Source: an uncultured Chloroflexia bacterium
GTDB lineage: Bacteria; Chloroflexota; Limnocylindria; QHBO01
Assembly: GCA_963825525.1 (NCBI GenBank)
Contig: CAWGTN010000002.1
Span: 832,001-896,000 of the forward strand
DNA length: 64,000 nucleotides
Direction: 5' to 3'
The position numbers were made by a program, and so were the translations under genes. The notes under the pieces were generated by a model that saw nothing but the letters and a program-made list of their open reading frames with translations, was not told the DNA's origin and ran no database searches. Positions 27,285 to 39,931 of the stretch are shown one piece after another. Every line of letters starts with the position of its first letter. Within the stretch, counting starts at the first letter, position 1.

Positions 27285-28064
27285 CTAGAAGTATCGCTGG
27301 GGGTTGTCGATCACGCCGTTCACGATCACTTCGAAGTGAACGTGCGGACCGGTGCACATGCCGGTGCATCCCACGGCGCCGATGCCCTGCCCGGCACCGA
27401 CGGCCTGCCCGGGGCTGACCCAGATCTGGTTGAGGTGGTTATACACGGTCTGCATGCCGTTGCCGTGGTCGATGGTGATCACGTTGCCGCCGCCATTGTT
27501 GCGCCAGCCGGCACCAATCACCACGCCACCCTGGGCGGCCACGACCTGCGAGCCGTAGGGCGCGGCGATGTCGAGAGCAAGATGGCCAGCGTGGTAGTAC
27601 TGGCTGATGCCGCCCACGGGCACGGGCCATACCAGGCGACCGGTGGCGGGTGCGGGTGCGGCACCGCGCGTCGACGGGCCGGAATTCGCGTTGCCGACGC
27701 TGGTCGGCGCGGGAAGCGGTGTCGCATTCGGATCGATGGCGAACGGTGTCGGCAGCGGCTGCGAAGGAATCTGGGCGGGAGCGGCGCGGTTGACGGACGG
27801 CAGGTCATCGGCGCGGCTCGAAGTCACGCTGAACGTGGACGGCGAGCTGAGGTCCTGCGCATCTCCGGCGCCGCGAACGGTTGAGACGATGGTCGGGAAT
27901 CCCGTCTCGGCGCGACTCTGGCCCACGGAGCCCGTGGCCTGCGACTGTGCGACCCCGGCGGCCGTGGCGAGCACCACGAGGCTAACGACCGAGAGATGGG
28001 CGATCACCCTGGCGGGCAGGTTGCTGTCGGCAACGCGGCGGGTCAGCCGTCGCAGATGAGGCAA
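27285..28064 (-). CDS. Secreted M23 family peptidase
   Basis: N-terminal TM/signal, Pro/Thr linker, WPV, HLALDIA, YNHL and TGPHVHFEV motifs. Confidence 0.88.
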   Translation of the reverse strand: MPHLRRLTRRVADSNLPARVIAHLSVVSLVVLATAAGVAQSQATGSVGQSRAETGFPTIVSTVRGAGDAQDLSSPSTFSVTSSRADDLPSVNRAAPAQIPSQPLPTPFAIDPNATPLPAPTSVGNANSGPSTRGAAPAPATGRLVWPVPVGGISQYYHAGHLALDIAAPYGSQVVAAQGGVVIGAGWRNNGGGNVITIDHGNGMQTVYNHLNQIWVSPGQAVGAGQGIGAVGCTGMCTGPHVHFEVIVNGVIDNPQRYF

Positions 28065-28277
28065 TAGAAACTCAGCTCCGCTTGCGGATGGTCAGGTTCG
28101 ACGCAGTCACATGAACCGCCACAGCCGTGCAACGCCCTCGATCACTCCCCCGTCGTCGAAGGGCCGGTTTCATGCGGGCACCATCGTAGCAGCGGCGCCG
28201 CGGGCGGGTCAAACCAAAGATCAGGGCACGGTGAACCGGACCATCGGGTGGTACGGAGCGGTGCGCTCCGATCGGGA

Positions 28278-29660
28278 TCAGGGCGCTTCGGAGCTGAGCT
28301 GAAGCGCCGGGGATCCGAGATCCGCGGTGGTCGTGCTCCCATCACGTAGCGAGATCCATGCCACGGCGCGACCCTGCGACTCGTGGGCGAGGTGCACCTG
28401 GAGCGTCACCGCCTCTCCCGGCGCGAGCGCTGGAACTTCGACGGGCAGTGGGGCCAGCTCGGCCGGCGGCGAGGCGAGGTAAGGCTGATCAGTCTCTTCC
28501 CAGCCCACCATCAACTCCAATCCGGGGGGCCACGGCTCGGATCCGGAATTCGTGAGGCGCAGCCCGACAATGTCTTCGTCGATCGAGTCGACCCAGAACA
28601 TCGGTCCCTCGCCGTCCACCGCGGTCGGCGTACGCGCCGTGTCGTCGGCCAGGCCGATGCTGGCCGCAAGGCTCCGCTGAGCCAGGTACGCGGCCAGCCC
28701 GTCCATCAGGCCCTGCGCCACGCCCTCCTGTCCGGCATCCGACGCGAGAAGGTCGTGTTCCGCGCGCAGGGTGATCGAGCCTACCTCTGCCAGGACGACC
28801 GGCATCAAGCCGCCGCGCGTGGGCTGCTTGGCCGGATCGGGCCGATCGGGTGTCGGCTCGAACAGCGGCGGCGCGACGATGTAGAGGTTGTGGGCCGTGA
28901 TGCCACGGTCGCCGCGCTCGTAGCCGGCGAGCGGCGCGAGCCGCGAGACGACGCCGTCCTGTACGCCCTGCGCCAGTTTCGCGGTCTGCTCCGCACCCCA
29001 CGGAGTCTCGTCGGTGTAGAAGGTCTCGGTGAACGCAATCTCGATGCGTGCTCCGCCCTCGCTCGGCGAGTTGATGTGGATGCTGATCAGCGCATCCGCG
29101 CGCGCCACGTTGGCCAGGTCCAGGCGAGCCTGGAGCTCGTCACGGGTTCTTGTGGCCTCGGGAACGTCAGGCCCGAAGCCGACGACACCGTCACCGTTGA
29201 CGTCGCGCCACGGGGGACCATCGCACCCCAGCGGCGGGTAGTCATCACCAGCAAGGGCGTTATCGGCGTCGCGGATCATCACGACCTCCACGCCATCGGC
29301 GGTCAGCCGATCGCGCAGATGCCGGGCAATGCCCAGCGTCAGGGACTTCTCCGCGAGCTCGACACCGCGTTCCGACGGGTCGGGTACGCCCCAGTCGAGG
29401 CAGCCGCCGTGGCCGGCGTCGATCGCCACCGTGATCGCGCTGGGGTTCGGGGCGTACAGGGCACTCGTGGACCCCGGTGCCGGCACGATGTTCCCGTCGG
29501 TCGGCGGCGAGCTCGGCTCGTTGCTGGGCGGGTTCAGCGTCGGGGCGGCATCGCTCGTGGTGCGTGGCGTCGCGTCCACGTCTGCGAGGCCGCAGCCAGC
29601 CAGCAGCACGACGAACGCCAGCGACAGCCGGAGCGAGCCAAGACGCGTGCTGAACCTCAT
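28278..29660 (-). CDS. N-acetylmuramoyl-L-alanine amidase (Amidase_3) lipoprotein
   Basis: LAGC lipobox; IDAGHGG, EKSLTL, ISIHIN and LAEVG motifs; C-terminal Ig-like domain. Confidence 0.85.
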   Translation of the reverse strand: MRFSTRLGSLRLSLAFVVLLAGCGLADVDATPRTTSDAAPTLNPPSNEPSSPPTDGNIVPAPGSTSALYAPNPSAITVAIDAGHGGCLDWGVPDPSERGVELAEKSLTLGIARHLRDRLTADGVEVVMIRDADNALAGDDYPPLGCDGPPWRDVNGDGVVGFGPDVPEATRTRDELQARLDLANVARADALISIHINSPSEGGARIEIAFTETFYTDETPWGAEQTAKLAQGVQDGVVSRLAPLAGYERGDRGITAHNLYIVAPPLFEPTPDRPDPAKQPTRGGLMPVVLAEVGSITLRAEHDLLASDAGQEGVAQGLMDGLAAYLAQRSLAASIGLADDTARTPTAVDGEGPMFWVDSIDEDIVGLRLTNSGSEPWPPGLELMVGWEETDQPYLASPPAELAPLPVEVPALAPGEAVTLQVHLAHESQGRAVAWISLRDGSTTTADLGSPALQLSSEAP

Positions 29661-29680
29661 CGGGACGCGAGACCTGGAGA

Positions 29681-31153
29681 TCAGGTGCGCTCGGACGCCT
29701 CGACGCTCTTGCTCAGCGAGACGAGGAACTCCGCGTTGTTCTTCGTCTTGCCGAGACGCTGCATGAGCAACTCGATCCCCTCGTTGGGGCCGACGGCGCT
29801 CAGCATGCGGCGCATGGTCCACACCATCCGCAGCTCGTTCTCGTCGAGCAGGAGCTCCTCGCGCCGGGTACCGGAGCGGAGCACGTCGATGGCCGGGAAG
29901 ATGCGCTTCTCGCTGAGCTTCCGGTCGAGCGCCAGCTCCATGTTGCCGGTGCCCTTGAACTCCTCGTAGATCACGTCGTCCATGCGGCTGCCGGTATCGA
30001 CCAGGCAGGTGGCGATGATCGTGAGCGAGCCGCCATGTTCGATGTTGCGCGCCGCACCGAAGAATCGCTTCGGTGGGTACAACGCCACGGGATCCACGCC
30101 ACCCGAGAGGGTCTTGCCGGAGGCCGGCAGGGCCAGGTTGTAGGCGCGCGCCAGGCGGGTGATCGAGTCGAGCAGGATCACCACGTCCCGACCGGTCTCG
30201 ACCTGGCGCTTGGCGATCTCGAGGCACATCTCCGCCACGCGGGTGTGGTTCTCGGTCGGCTCGTCGAAGGTCGAGGAGTAGATCTCGCCATCGACGCTGC
30301 GCTGCATGTCGGTGACTTCCTCGGGGCGCTCTCCGATGAGCGCAACCATGAGGAGGGCCTCGGGCGCGTTTTCGGTGATGCCCGCCGCGATCTGCTTGAG
30401 CACCGTCGTCTTGCCGGCCTTGGCCGGCGACAGGATGAGACCGCGCTGCCCCTTGCCGATGGGGCTGATGAGGTTGATCAGTCGCTGGGTGAGGTTCTTC
30501 TGGTCGGTCTCGATGTCGAACATCTCGTCGGGGAAGACCGGCACCAGCGAGTCGAAGTAGGGGCGGCGCTTGGCCACCTCCGGCTCAACCCCGTTGACCG
30601 TGTCGACGCGCAGCATGCCCCAGTACTTCTCCTGGTCCTTGGGCGGGCGCGTCTGCCCCGTCACACGGTCGCCGGTGCGCAGCCCGAAACGGCGAACCTG
30701 CGAGGTGCTGACGTAGATGTCCTCGTTCGACGGCATGACGCCGTTCACGCGAAGGAAGCCGAATCCCTCGTCGACGATCTCGAGGATGCCCTCGGCCTCG
30801 CCCGACTGCCCGTTGCGCTCGGACTGCGGTGGGGCCAACGGCACGACGTCGAGCAGCTTGAGGATGAGGTCGGAATGCTCGAGCTCCTCGAAGCCGGTGA
30901 TCTGGTGGTCGGAAGCGAGCTCCCGCAGCTCCTCGATCGGCTTCGCCTGCAGGTCGGCGAGGTTCATCCCCGGATCGTCGGCATCCGATGGAAACGGCCC
31001 GGTGAAGATGGACGAGTACTGGCCCGACGCGTAGTCGTTCCGGCGGCGCGGGGCATAGCCACCGCGCTGCTGTCCCTGCTGAGGGCGCCGAGGTGCGGAT
31101 TCTTGCCGGCGTCGCGATCGGCGACGCTGCTGTGGTCGCGCGTCGTCGTTCAT
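29681..31153 (-). CDS. rho: Transcription termination factor Rho
   Basis: [39 protein letters not shown] and [10 protein letters not shown] motifs. Confidence 0.98.
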   Translation of the reverse strand: MNDDARPQQRRRSRRRQESAPRRPQQGQQRGGYAPRRRNDYASGQYSSIFTGPFPSDADDPGMNLADLQAKPIEELRELASDHQITGFEELEHSDLILKLLDVVPLAPPQSERNGQSGEAEGILEIVDEGFGFLRVNGVMPSNEDIYVSTSQVRRFGLRTGDRVTGQTRPPKDQEKYWGMLRVDTVNGVEPEVAKRRPYFDSLVPVFPDEMFDIETDQKNLTQRLINLISPIGKGQRGLILSPAKAGKTTVLKQIAAGITENAPEALLMVALIGERPEEVTDMQRSVDGEIYSSTFDEPTENHTRVAEMCLEIAKRQVETGRDVVILLDSITRLARAYNLALPASGKTLSGGVDPVALYPPKRFFGAARNIEHGGSLTIIATCLVDTGSRMDDVIYEEFKGTGNMELALDRKLSEKRIFPAIDVLRSGTRREELLLDENELRMVWTMRRMLSAVGPNEGIELLMQRLGKTKNNAEFLVSLSKSVEASERT

Positions 31154-31353
31154 GGTCGCCTCGGCTGCCAGCAGTGCTTCATGTAGGACCTGACCTCGAT
31201 GAGCTTCGGGGAGCCGTCCCTGCTGCACCACCCTCGATTCGTCATGAGGGTCTGGGTAAAACGTCGGCAGGAGCGGCAGTTGAAGAGGTCGACCCGGGGG
31301 TCGTCGGAGCGGCCGGGGGTCGGGGGCTGGTGATCGGGATCACGTGCGGTCAA
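31150..31353 (-). CDS. Small Cys-rich protein translationally coupled to rho
   Basis: TTG 4 nt after the upstream stop; CRSCRRF...GWC...HCW; stop overlaps the rho ATG (ATGA). Confidence 0.6.
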   Translation of the reverse strand: MTARDPDHQPPTPGRSDDPRVDLFNCRSCRRFTQTLMTNRGWCSRDGSPKLIEVRSYMKHCWQPRRP

Positions 31354-31357
31354 ACGG

Positions 31358-34215
<2,858 letters not shown>

Positions 34216-34316
34216 CTAGGTCTACTCGGGAGCCGATCTTACCTCAGTCGGCGATTGCTCGCGCGGATGTTCGATCCCGCACCGAGCCCCACCGCGGGCA
34301 GATCAATGGCGGCGGT

Positions 34317-34877
34317 CTACTCCTGCGTTCCCTCGGCCGACCCCGTGGTCTCGCTGCCGTCCTCCCCGACCTTGAGCGTGCACACGATCTCGCGGTCGCC
34401 CTCGTCCCACGTCTCCTGCGATGGAGTGACCGAGGTGATCCAGTACAGCGAGTCGTTGTAATCGGTCCCGACGTACTCCTCGAATGGCGGCTGACACGCG
34501 GCATCGGCGTACTCGACCATCGGATCGTCTCCCGGGTAATCCGCGTCCTCACCGCCCTCGTGATCGAGCACGGCAAAGACCTCGTAGATGTGCGTTCGGT
34601 CACAGCCGACCACGGTCACCGACCCCACGGAGTCACCCGAGGCGCTGAAGCAGTCGCCGATCGCGAGGTCGAAGACGCTCGTCTCTTCCCCATTGCCGTC
34701 GGTCGGTTCCGCGGATACCGACTCGATCGCCGCCGATGCCGCTCCTGTGGGAGTGGCCGTCGAAACGACGGCCGACATGGTCGGGTCACCGTCCGCAGCG
34801 TCGGATTGGCAACCGGCCAACGCGACGCCAAGCGAAAGGGCAATAGGCGTTAGGAAACGCTGAAGCTGACGCTTCAT
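34317..34877 (-). CDS. Septum-formation-family lipoprotein
   Basis: LAGC lipobox; LAIGDCF, VGCDRTH.YEVF and PSQETWDEGDREIVC motifs. Confidence 0.8.
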   Translation of the reverse strand: MKRQLQRFLTPIALSLGVALAGCQSDAADGDPTMSAVVSTATPTGAASAAIESVSAEPTDGNGEETSVFDLAIGDCFSASGDSVGSVTVVGCDRTHIYEVFAVLDHEGGEDADYPGDDPMVEYADAACQPPFEEYVGTDYNDSLYWITSVTPSQETWDEGDREIVCTLKVGEDGSETTGSAEGTQE

Positions 34878-34956
34878 GGGGCTCGTGTCCTCCACTCGTT
34901 CATGGCCATGTCGACCCGCACCGGCCGTCCGCGATACTTCGTCCATGATATGGCGC

Positions 34957-35769
34957 ATGGCGGCGCCGATGCGCCTCGTCCACCCGGCCCCGACCGCAGC
35001 CGTCGTGGCGCTCGCGACCGCGCTCGGAGCCGTCCTCCTCATCCAGGCCGGGCAGCCGGCCCTCGACGCGAGGCTTATTTTGACCAGCCTTGCGGTGCTC
35101 GGATCGCAGATTCTGACCGGTGCCACCAATGACTGGGTCGACCGCGATCGAGACCGGCTGGTACAGCCGGACAAGCCGATCCCGGCGGGCACGGTTTCGC
35201 CACGGGCTGCCCTCGGGATCGCCGCATCGGGCGCAATGCTCCAGGTCATGGCCTCGCTGCCGCTCGGCCCATCGGCCCTGCTGCTTGGGGCCGCCGCATC
35301 GGCGTCCGCCGCGGCCTACAACCTGTGGCTGTCGCGCGGTCCGTGGTCGGTCGTCCCCTACCTCGTCAGCTTCGGGCTCCTCCCACTGTGGGTGGCGGCC
35401 GGAGTCGCGGTTCCCCTGGAACGTGTGATCGTCGCCCCCCTGCTGGTCGGACCCTTCGCTGCGGCGGCGCACATCGCCAACGCATTGCGCGACTTCGACG
35501 CCGATCAACGCATCGGATCGCGCAACCTGGCCCAGGTCCTGGGCCGGCGCCCCGCGCTGCTTGCCGCGTGGCTATCGGCGGCTGCCGTCGGCGTCGCGGT
35601 CGGGGCGGGGCTGTGGCTCGACGGCCGCCTCGAGCCCATCTCGCTTGCACTCGGAGTCGTGGGGCTGATCGCGATCGCGCAGGGAATCGCCGGACCCCGC
35701 CAGCTGTGGGGCGGCATGCTCGTGGCGGCGGTGGTGTGGACCACTGCCTGGGCGCTCGCGACGGGCTGA
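34957..35769 (+). CDS. UbiA family prenyltransferase
   Basis: NDWVDRDRD...KPIPAG and ANALRDFDAD motifs; multiple TM helices. Confidence 0.85.
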   Translation: MAAPMRLVHPAPTAAVVALATALGAVLLIQAGQPALDARLILTSLAVLGSQILTGATNDWVDRDRDRLVQPDKPIPAGTVSPRAALGIAASGAMLQVMASLPLGPSALLLGAAASASAAAYNLWLSRGPWSVVPYLVSFGLLPLWVAAGVAVPLERVIVAPLLVGPFAAAAHIANALRDFDADQRIGSRNLAQVLGRRPALLAAWLSAAAVGVAVGAGLWLDGRLEPISLALGVVGLIAIAQGIAGPRQLWGGMLVAAVVWTTAWALATG

Positions 35770-35803
35770 GCGCCCGCGGCGGGCGTGTCAGCTCGATCGC
35801 AAG

Positions 35804-35956
35804 TCAGATTGCGTCGTCGAGCTCCATCATCTCGTCGTCGGTCTCTTCGGTGAGCTTCAGCCACACGAAGAGGCCCGCGAGGATGGTGAGCGGAATGACG
35901 ATCATCGCCGCGATGAGGGCGGTGATGCCGATGAGAAGAACCTTGATCGCCTTCAT
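35804..35956 (-). CDS. 50-aa single-pass membrane protein (absent from the ORF track)
   Basis: GGGGAG RBS; MKAIKVLLIGITALIAAMIVIPLTILAGLFVWLKLTEETDDEMMELDDAI; strongly GC3-biased codons. Confidence 0.7.
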   Translation of the reverse strand: MKAIKVLLIGITALIAAMIVIPLTILAGLFVWLKLTEETDDEMMELDDAI

Positions 35957-35971
35957 GGGTGACTCCCCTGG

Positions 35972-36496
35972 CTACGACGCCCCGCTCTTCGGGGGGGCGC
36001 TCTTCTGACGCTGCTCGTGTGCAGACTCGATCATAGCCAAGATCTCGTCCTTCGTGAATTCGGCAAGGTGGTGGCCGCTGCTGCGCGGACCGCCGACCTT
36101 GAAGAGCCGAAGCACGAACGAGCCGTCCTGCTCGAACAGGAACACGTCATGTGCCTTCTCGCCATCGACGTAGGCGCCGATGATCCTCATCCCGAGCTCG
36201 TAGTAGTTGATGAGGTCCGGGTGGGCGCGATCAGAATCGGCGCTGCCGCGGCGCTCTGCCGACGCATCCATCATCTCCGCGACCTGTTCATCAGTCAGCT
36301 CATGGGTGCGCTTGACCATGGATCCGTAACTGTCGGAGTCGGCCGACCCCTGCGCCACGCCCAGGCCCTGCAGCAGGAACCCGCCCTCGAGCTCGAGCAG
36401 CAGGATCTCCTTGAGTCGCTCACTGTCGACAAAGGCCCCGATGCTGCGCAGAACCTCTTCCCAATCCTGACGCGGGCTGCCGTCGTAGATCCGCAT
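35972..36496 (-). CDS. Hypothetical protein with an internal two-fold repeat
   Basis: GGAGG RBS; two ~80-aa repeats (WEEVLRSIGAFVD / YELGMRIIGAYVD). Confidence 0.75.
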   Translation of the reverse strand: MRIYDGSPRQDWEEVLRSIGAFVDSERLKEILLLELEGGFLLQGLGVAQGSADSDSYGSMVKRTHELTDEQVAEMMDASAERRGSADSDRAHPDLINYYELGMRIIGAYVDGEKAHDVFLFEQDGSFVLRLFKVGGPRSSGHHLAEFTKDEILAMIESAHEQRQKSAPPKSGAS

Positions 36497-36559
36497 GGCT
36501 CGCGCATCACCCTCCGCTTGGCTTGCCTGTCGGCCGCCCGAGCATAGCGTCCGACGCCG

Positions 36560-37468
36560 TCAGGTCAAGGCCGATGCGACCACGCCGGCGGTCCTGGCGT
36601 TGGCGACGATGAGGGCGATATTCACGGCAAGCGTCCGCCCGCCGGAGGCGCGCGCAACGTAAGCCAGCAGGTGGGGAGTGACGAGCGCGCCGCGGACCGC
36701 GTTGGCCTCCGCATCGTCGAGGCCTGCCGCGATCCAGGCCTCCACCTCGGCAGCATCCAGCGCGACCTCGGCAGGCGGTGGTTGGACGATGAGCATGCCA
36801 CCAGCGCCGGGGAGTGCTCGATGCGCCCGAATCGCGTCGGCGGCAGCAATCGGTCCGTCGACGCGATGCGGCAGTCGCAGCCCGGACGTGGTGCTGTAGA
36901 ACGCCGGCAGCTCGTCCACCCCGTAGCCCACCACCGGCACACGTCGCGTCTCGAGCATCTCTAGCGTCGCGGGAAGGTCGAGGATCGACTTCGCCCCGGC
37001 ACAGATCACGGCGACCGGGGTGGCCGCGAGCTCATCGATGTCGCTCGACACGTCGAAGCCGGTCGCCGCGCCACGATGGACCCCGCCGATGCCGCCGGTG
37101 GCAAACACCACGATCCCGCTCATGTGCGCGATGCGCATGGTCGCGCTGACGGTCGTGGATGCCAGGCGTCCAGCGGCGAGAAGCGGGCCGAGGTCGCGGG
37201 ATCCGGCCTTCGCGACGTCGCGATCGGGATCGGCCAATCGCTCGAGCAGCTCGCGCGGTGCGCCCACGATGAGCCGTCCGCCCTCCAGGGCCGTGGTTGC
37301 CGGGACGGCGCCCGATTCACGAATCGCCGCCTCGGCCGCCAACGCCGTCTCGAGATTGTGAGGCACCGGAAGGCCCTGCGCTATCAGGCTGGACTCGAGG
37401 GCCACGACCGGCCGGCCATTCTCGAACGCCACACGCACCTCGTCCGCGATGAGCAGCGCTGGCGTCAT
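36560..37468 (-). CDS. psuG: Pseudouridine-5'-phosphate glycosidase
   Basis: PVVALESS.IAQGLP.P.N, FATGGIGGVHRG and CAGAKSILD...TLE.LET motifs. Confidence 0.93.
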   Translation of the reverse strand: MTPALLIADEVRVAFENGRPVVALESSLIAQGLPVPHNLETALAAEAAIRESGAVPATTALEGGRLIVGAPRELLERLADPDRDVAKAGSRDLGPLLAAGRLASTTVSATMRIAHMSGIVVFATGGIGGVHRGAATGFDVSSDIDELAATPVAVICAGAKSILDLPATLEMLETRRVPVVGYGVDELPAFYSTTSGLRLPHRVDGPIAAADAIRAHRALPGAGGMLIVQPPPAEVALDAAEVEAWIAAGLDDAEANAVRGALVTPHLLAYVARASGGRTLAVNIALIVANARTAGVVASALT

Positions 37469-38346
37469 CGGGATGCCACCCCGATCGACTCGGATGGGAG
37501 CCGCGCCTGGGCGCCGATGAGCAGCGCCACCCCACCGGCAACACGCGCCGCTTCCCTCAGCGAGGACTGCAGGCTCTCGCCCGATGGAGGCCACGATTCG
37601 TCCATGAGGCCATCCAGCATGGCCGCTGCGAACGCGTCCCCGGCACCCGTGGTGTCGACGGCCGGAGGCGAGTCGGGAAGGGCCAGGCTGGTCGATGCGC
37701 CATCTACGGTGCAGCGAACCTCGGTCGCCGACGTGGTAACGACAACCGTGGCGAGGTCATCAACGGAGCCGAGCTGCGCCGCCTCGTCGCTGTTGAGGAT
37801 CACCAGATCGGCTCGCAGCGCCTGCAGCGCGGTACGCCATGCCGCCAGGAGGGGAGCCGGGACCGCGCAGCCAACGACCACGCGACGCGTGTCGAGCGCT
37901 CCGACCAGCCGGACGAGGTCCGGCGCCCCAGGTTCGAGCAGCAGGTATCCGGAGATCAGGGTCCAGGGTGCGGCAGGCATGTCCAACCCTGACAGCGATG
38001 CGGCGAATGGCGACCGCTGGCTCATCATCGTCCGCTCCCCGGATGCGTCGCGCAGCACGACCACGCTTCCGCTGGCCGCCACGTTGACCGAGGAGACGTG
38101 CACGGTTTCGGCGCGCAGCGCATCGGCCACCAGGCGCCCCACGCCGTCGTCGGCGAGACCGCACACGAGGTGAACCCTTCGCCCGCGCCGGGCGAGGCGG
38201 ACGGCGAGATTCGCACCCTGGCCGCCGGGCAGCGCCTGGACCGCTGCGGGGACATCCGCCCCGGGCCGCATCGGCTCCGACGGCGCGACTGACACGTCCA
38301 GCAGCCCATCACCCAGCACGACAACCTCGGGAGCGTGATCCGTCAC
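37465..38346 (-). CDS. PfkB family carbohydrate kinase (probable pseudouridine kinase)
   Basis: PGGQGANLAV and VDTTGAGDAF motifs; coupled to psuG. Confidence 0.85.
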   Translation of the reverse strand: MTDHAPEVVVLGDGLLDVSVAPSEPMRPGADVPAAVQALPGGQGANLAVRLARRGRRVHLVCGLADDGVGRLVADALRAETVHVSSVNVAASGSVVVLRDASGERTMMSQRSPFAASLSGLDMPAAPWTLISGYLLLEPGAPDLVRLVGALDTRRVVVGCAVPAPLLAAWRTALQALRADLVILNSDEAAQLGSVDDLATVVVTTSATEVRCTVDGASTSLALPDSPPAVDTTGAGDAFAAAMLDGLMDESWPPSGESLQSSLREAARVAGGVALLIGAQARLPSESIGVASR

Positions 38347-38732
38347 AGGGGTCGCCTCGCGGTGAATCCCTCGCGCGTCGTGTGCCAATAGCCCAGCTGA
38401 GGATCCGACAGGCGCCAGCACAGCCACGCACGCTCACCGTCCCGGACCGTCGGGATATCCACCAGTCCGTCGTCGAGGTCCCGCACCACGAGCCCGAGAG
38501 ACTCGAGATGGTCGAGCAGATCGCGGACGCGGGACTGGAGCTCGGCGTTCATTGCCTCGAGGCGCTCCCGCTCCCGACCCCCACTCGCGTCCCGAACCCG
38601 GAGCCGATGGTGGAGCGTGTCGTGGGCGTCGTCAGCCCGCTGGCGTTCGATCGCCAGTTGAAGCAGCGAACCGCGAATCAGCGGCAACAGGGCCTGGGCC
38701 TGGTCGACGGTGTAGGTGGGGTCTTCATCCAT
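38343..38732 (-). CDS. DUF2203 family protein
   Basis: YTVDQAQALLP, VRDLDDGLVDIP, LCWR...YWH...GF..RRPL. Confidence 0.85.
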   Translation of the reverse strand: MDEDPTYTVDQAQALLPLIRGSLLQLAIERQRADDAHDTLHHRLRVRDASGGRERERLEAMNAELQSRVRDLLDHLESLGLVVRDLDDGLVDIPTVRDGERAWLCWRLSDPQLGYWHTTREGFTARRPL

Positions 38733-38834
38733 GGGTCACGGGCGATGGTAGCGTGCTAGGATCGGCGACCGGATGGCCTGCTCCGCTCCGCGACGGCGCC
38801 GATCCGACCCGCCGGAGGTGAGCGCAGGCGCGCC

Positions 38835-39926
38835 ATGACCGACGAGAGACCGCAATTCGCGCGCAGCATCAACGACGAGGCCGAGCCGAACGGCGACCCG
38901 TACACCGCGTACGACGACTTCAACCTCCCGGCGTACGCCGGACTCCCGAGCTTCCAGAAGCTGCCATGGATCACCGACGCCGATGCGCTGGCCGCGGCAC
39001 GCCCCGATGTGGCCATCGTGGGCGCACCGTTCGACGACGCCGTCAGCCACCGGCCGGGCGCCCGCTTCGGGCCGCGTGCGATTCGCCAGGCCAGCTATCA
39101 CTCGGGCGCCATCAACTCGCTGCAGCTCGGCATCGAGCCGTACGACTGGCTGCGGATCGTGGACGCCGGCGATGCGCCCGTGACGCCGATGAACATCGAG
39201 CGCGCGCACGAGGTCATCGAGCGCAAGGTGCTCGAGGTCGCCGCCACCGGCGCCATCCCGATCATCCTGGGCGGTGATCACTCGATCACCTACCCGGCGG
39301 CGACTGCCATCGCGCGTCACGTCGCGCCGCGCGGCCTGGGCATCGTGCATTTCGATGCGCACGCTGACGCTGCCAACTCCACCTGGGGCACGCTGCGATC
39401 CCATGGCGCCCCGATGCGACGGCTCATCGAATCCGGTGCGGTCTCCGGCCGCAACTTCGTGCAGGTCGGCCTGCGCGGCTACTGGCCCGGTGCCGAGACA
39501 ATGGAATGGATGCGCGCGCAGGGCATGCGCTGGCACCTCATGACCGAGATCGAGGAGCGCGGCGCGGAGGCGGTCATCGACGATGCCATTGCCGAGGCCC
39601 TCGACGGGCCCGAGGTGATCTACCTGTCGGTCGATATCGACGTCATCGATCCGGGCATGGCACCCGGCACCGGCACGCCCGAGCCCGGCGGCATGCTGAC
39701 CCGCGAGCTGCTCAGGGCCGTGCGCCAGATCGTCGGCTCGGTGGAGCTTGCCGGGATGGACGTCGTGGAGGTCTCCCCGCCCTTCGACCAGGCAGAGGTC
39801 ACGGCGGCCGCTGCCCATCGCTGCGTGCTCGAGGCGATCAGCGCGCTGGCGGCGAGGCGTCGCGCATCGGGTGCCTCCCCGATTGCCAGCATGGGAGCAG
39901 GCAGCGATTCCTCCGGCGGAGGCTAG
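38835..39926 (+). CDS. speB: Agmatinase / ureohydrolase family
   Basis: RPGARFGP, GGDHSI, HFDAHAD, SHG and SVDIDVIDP..APGTGTPEPGG motifs. Confidence 0.85.
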   Translation: MTDERPQFARSINDEAEPNGDPYTAYDDFNLPAYAGLPSFQKLPWITDADALAAARPDVAIVGAPFDDAVSHRPGARFGPRAIRQASYHSGAINSLQLGIEPYDWLRIVDAGDAPVTPMNIERAHEVIERKVLEVAATGAIPIILGGDHSITYPAATAIARHVAPRGLGIVHFDAHADAANSTWGTLRSHGAPMRRLIESGAVSGRNFVQVGLRGYWPGAETMEWMRAQGMRWHLMTEIEERGAEAVIDDAIAEALDGPEVIYLSVDIDVIDPGMAPGTGTPEPGGMLTRELLRAVRQIVGSVELAGMDVVEVSPPFDQAEVTAAAAHRCVLEAISALAARRRASGASPIASMGAGSDSSGGG

Positions 39927-39931
39927 GCCCC

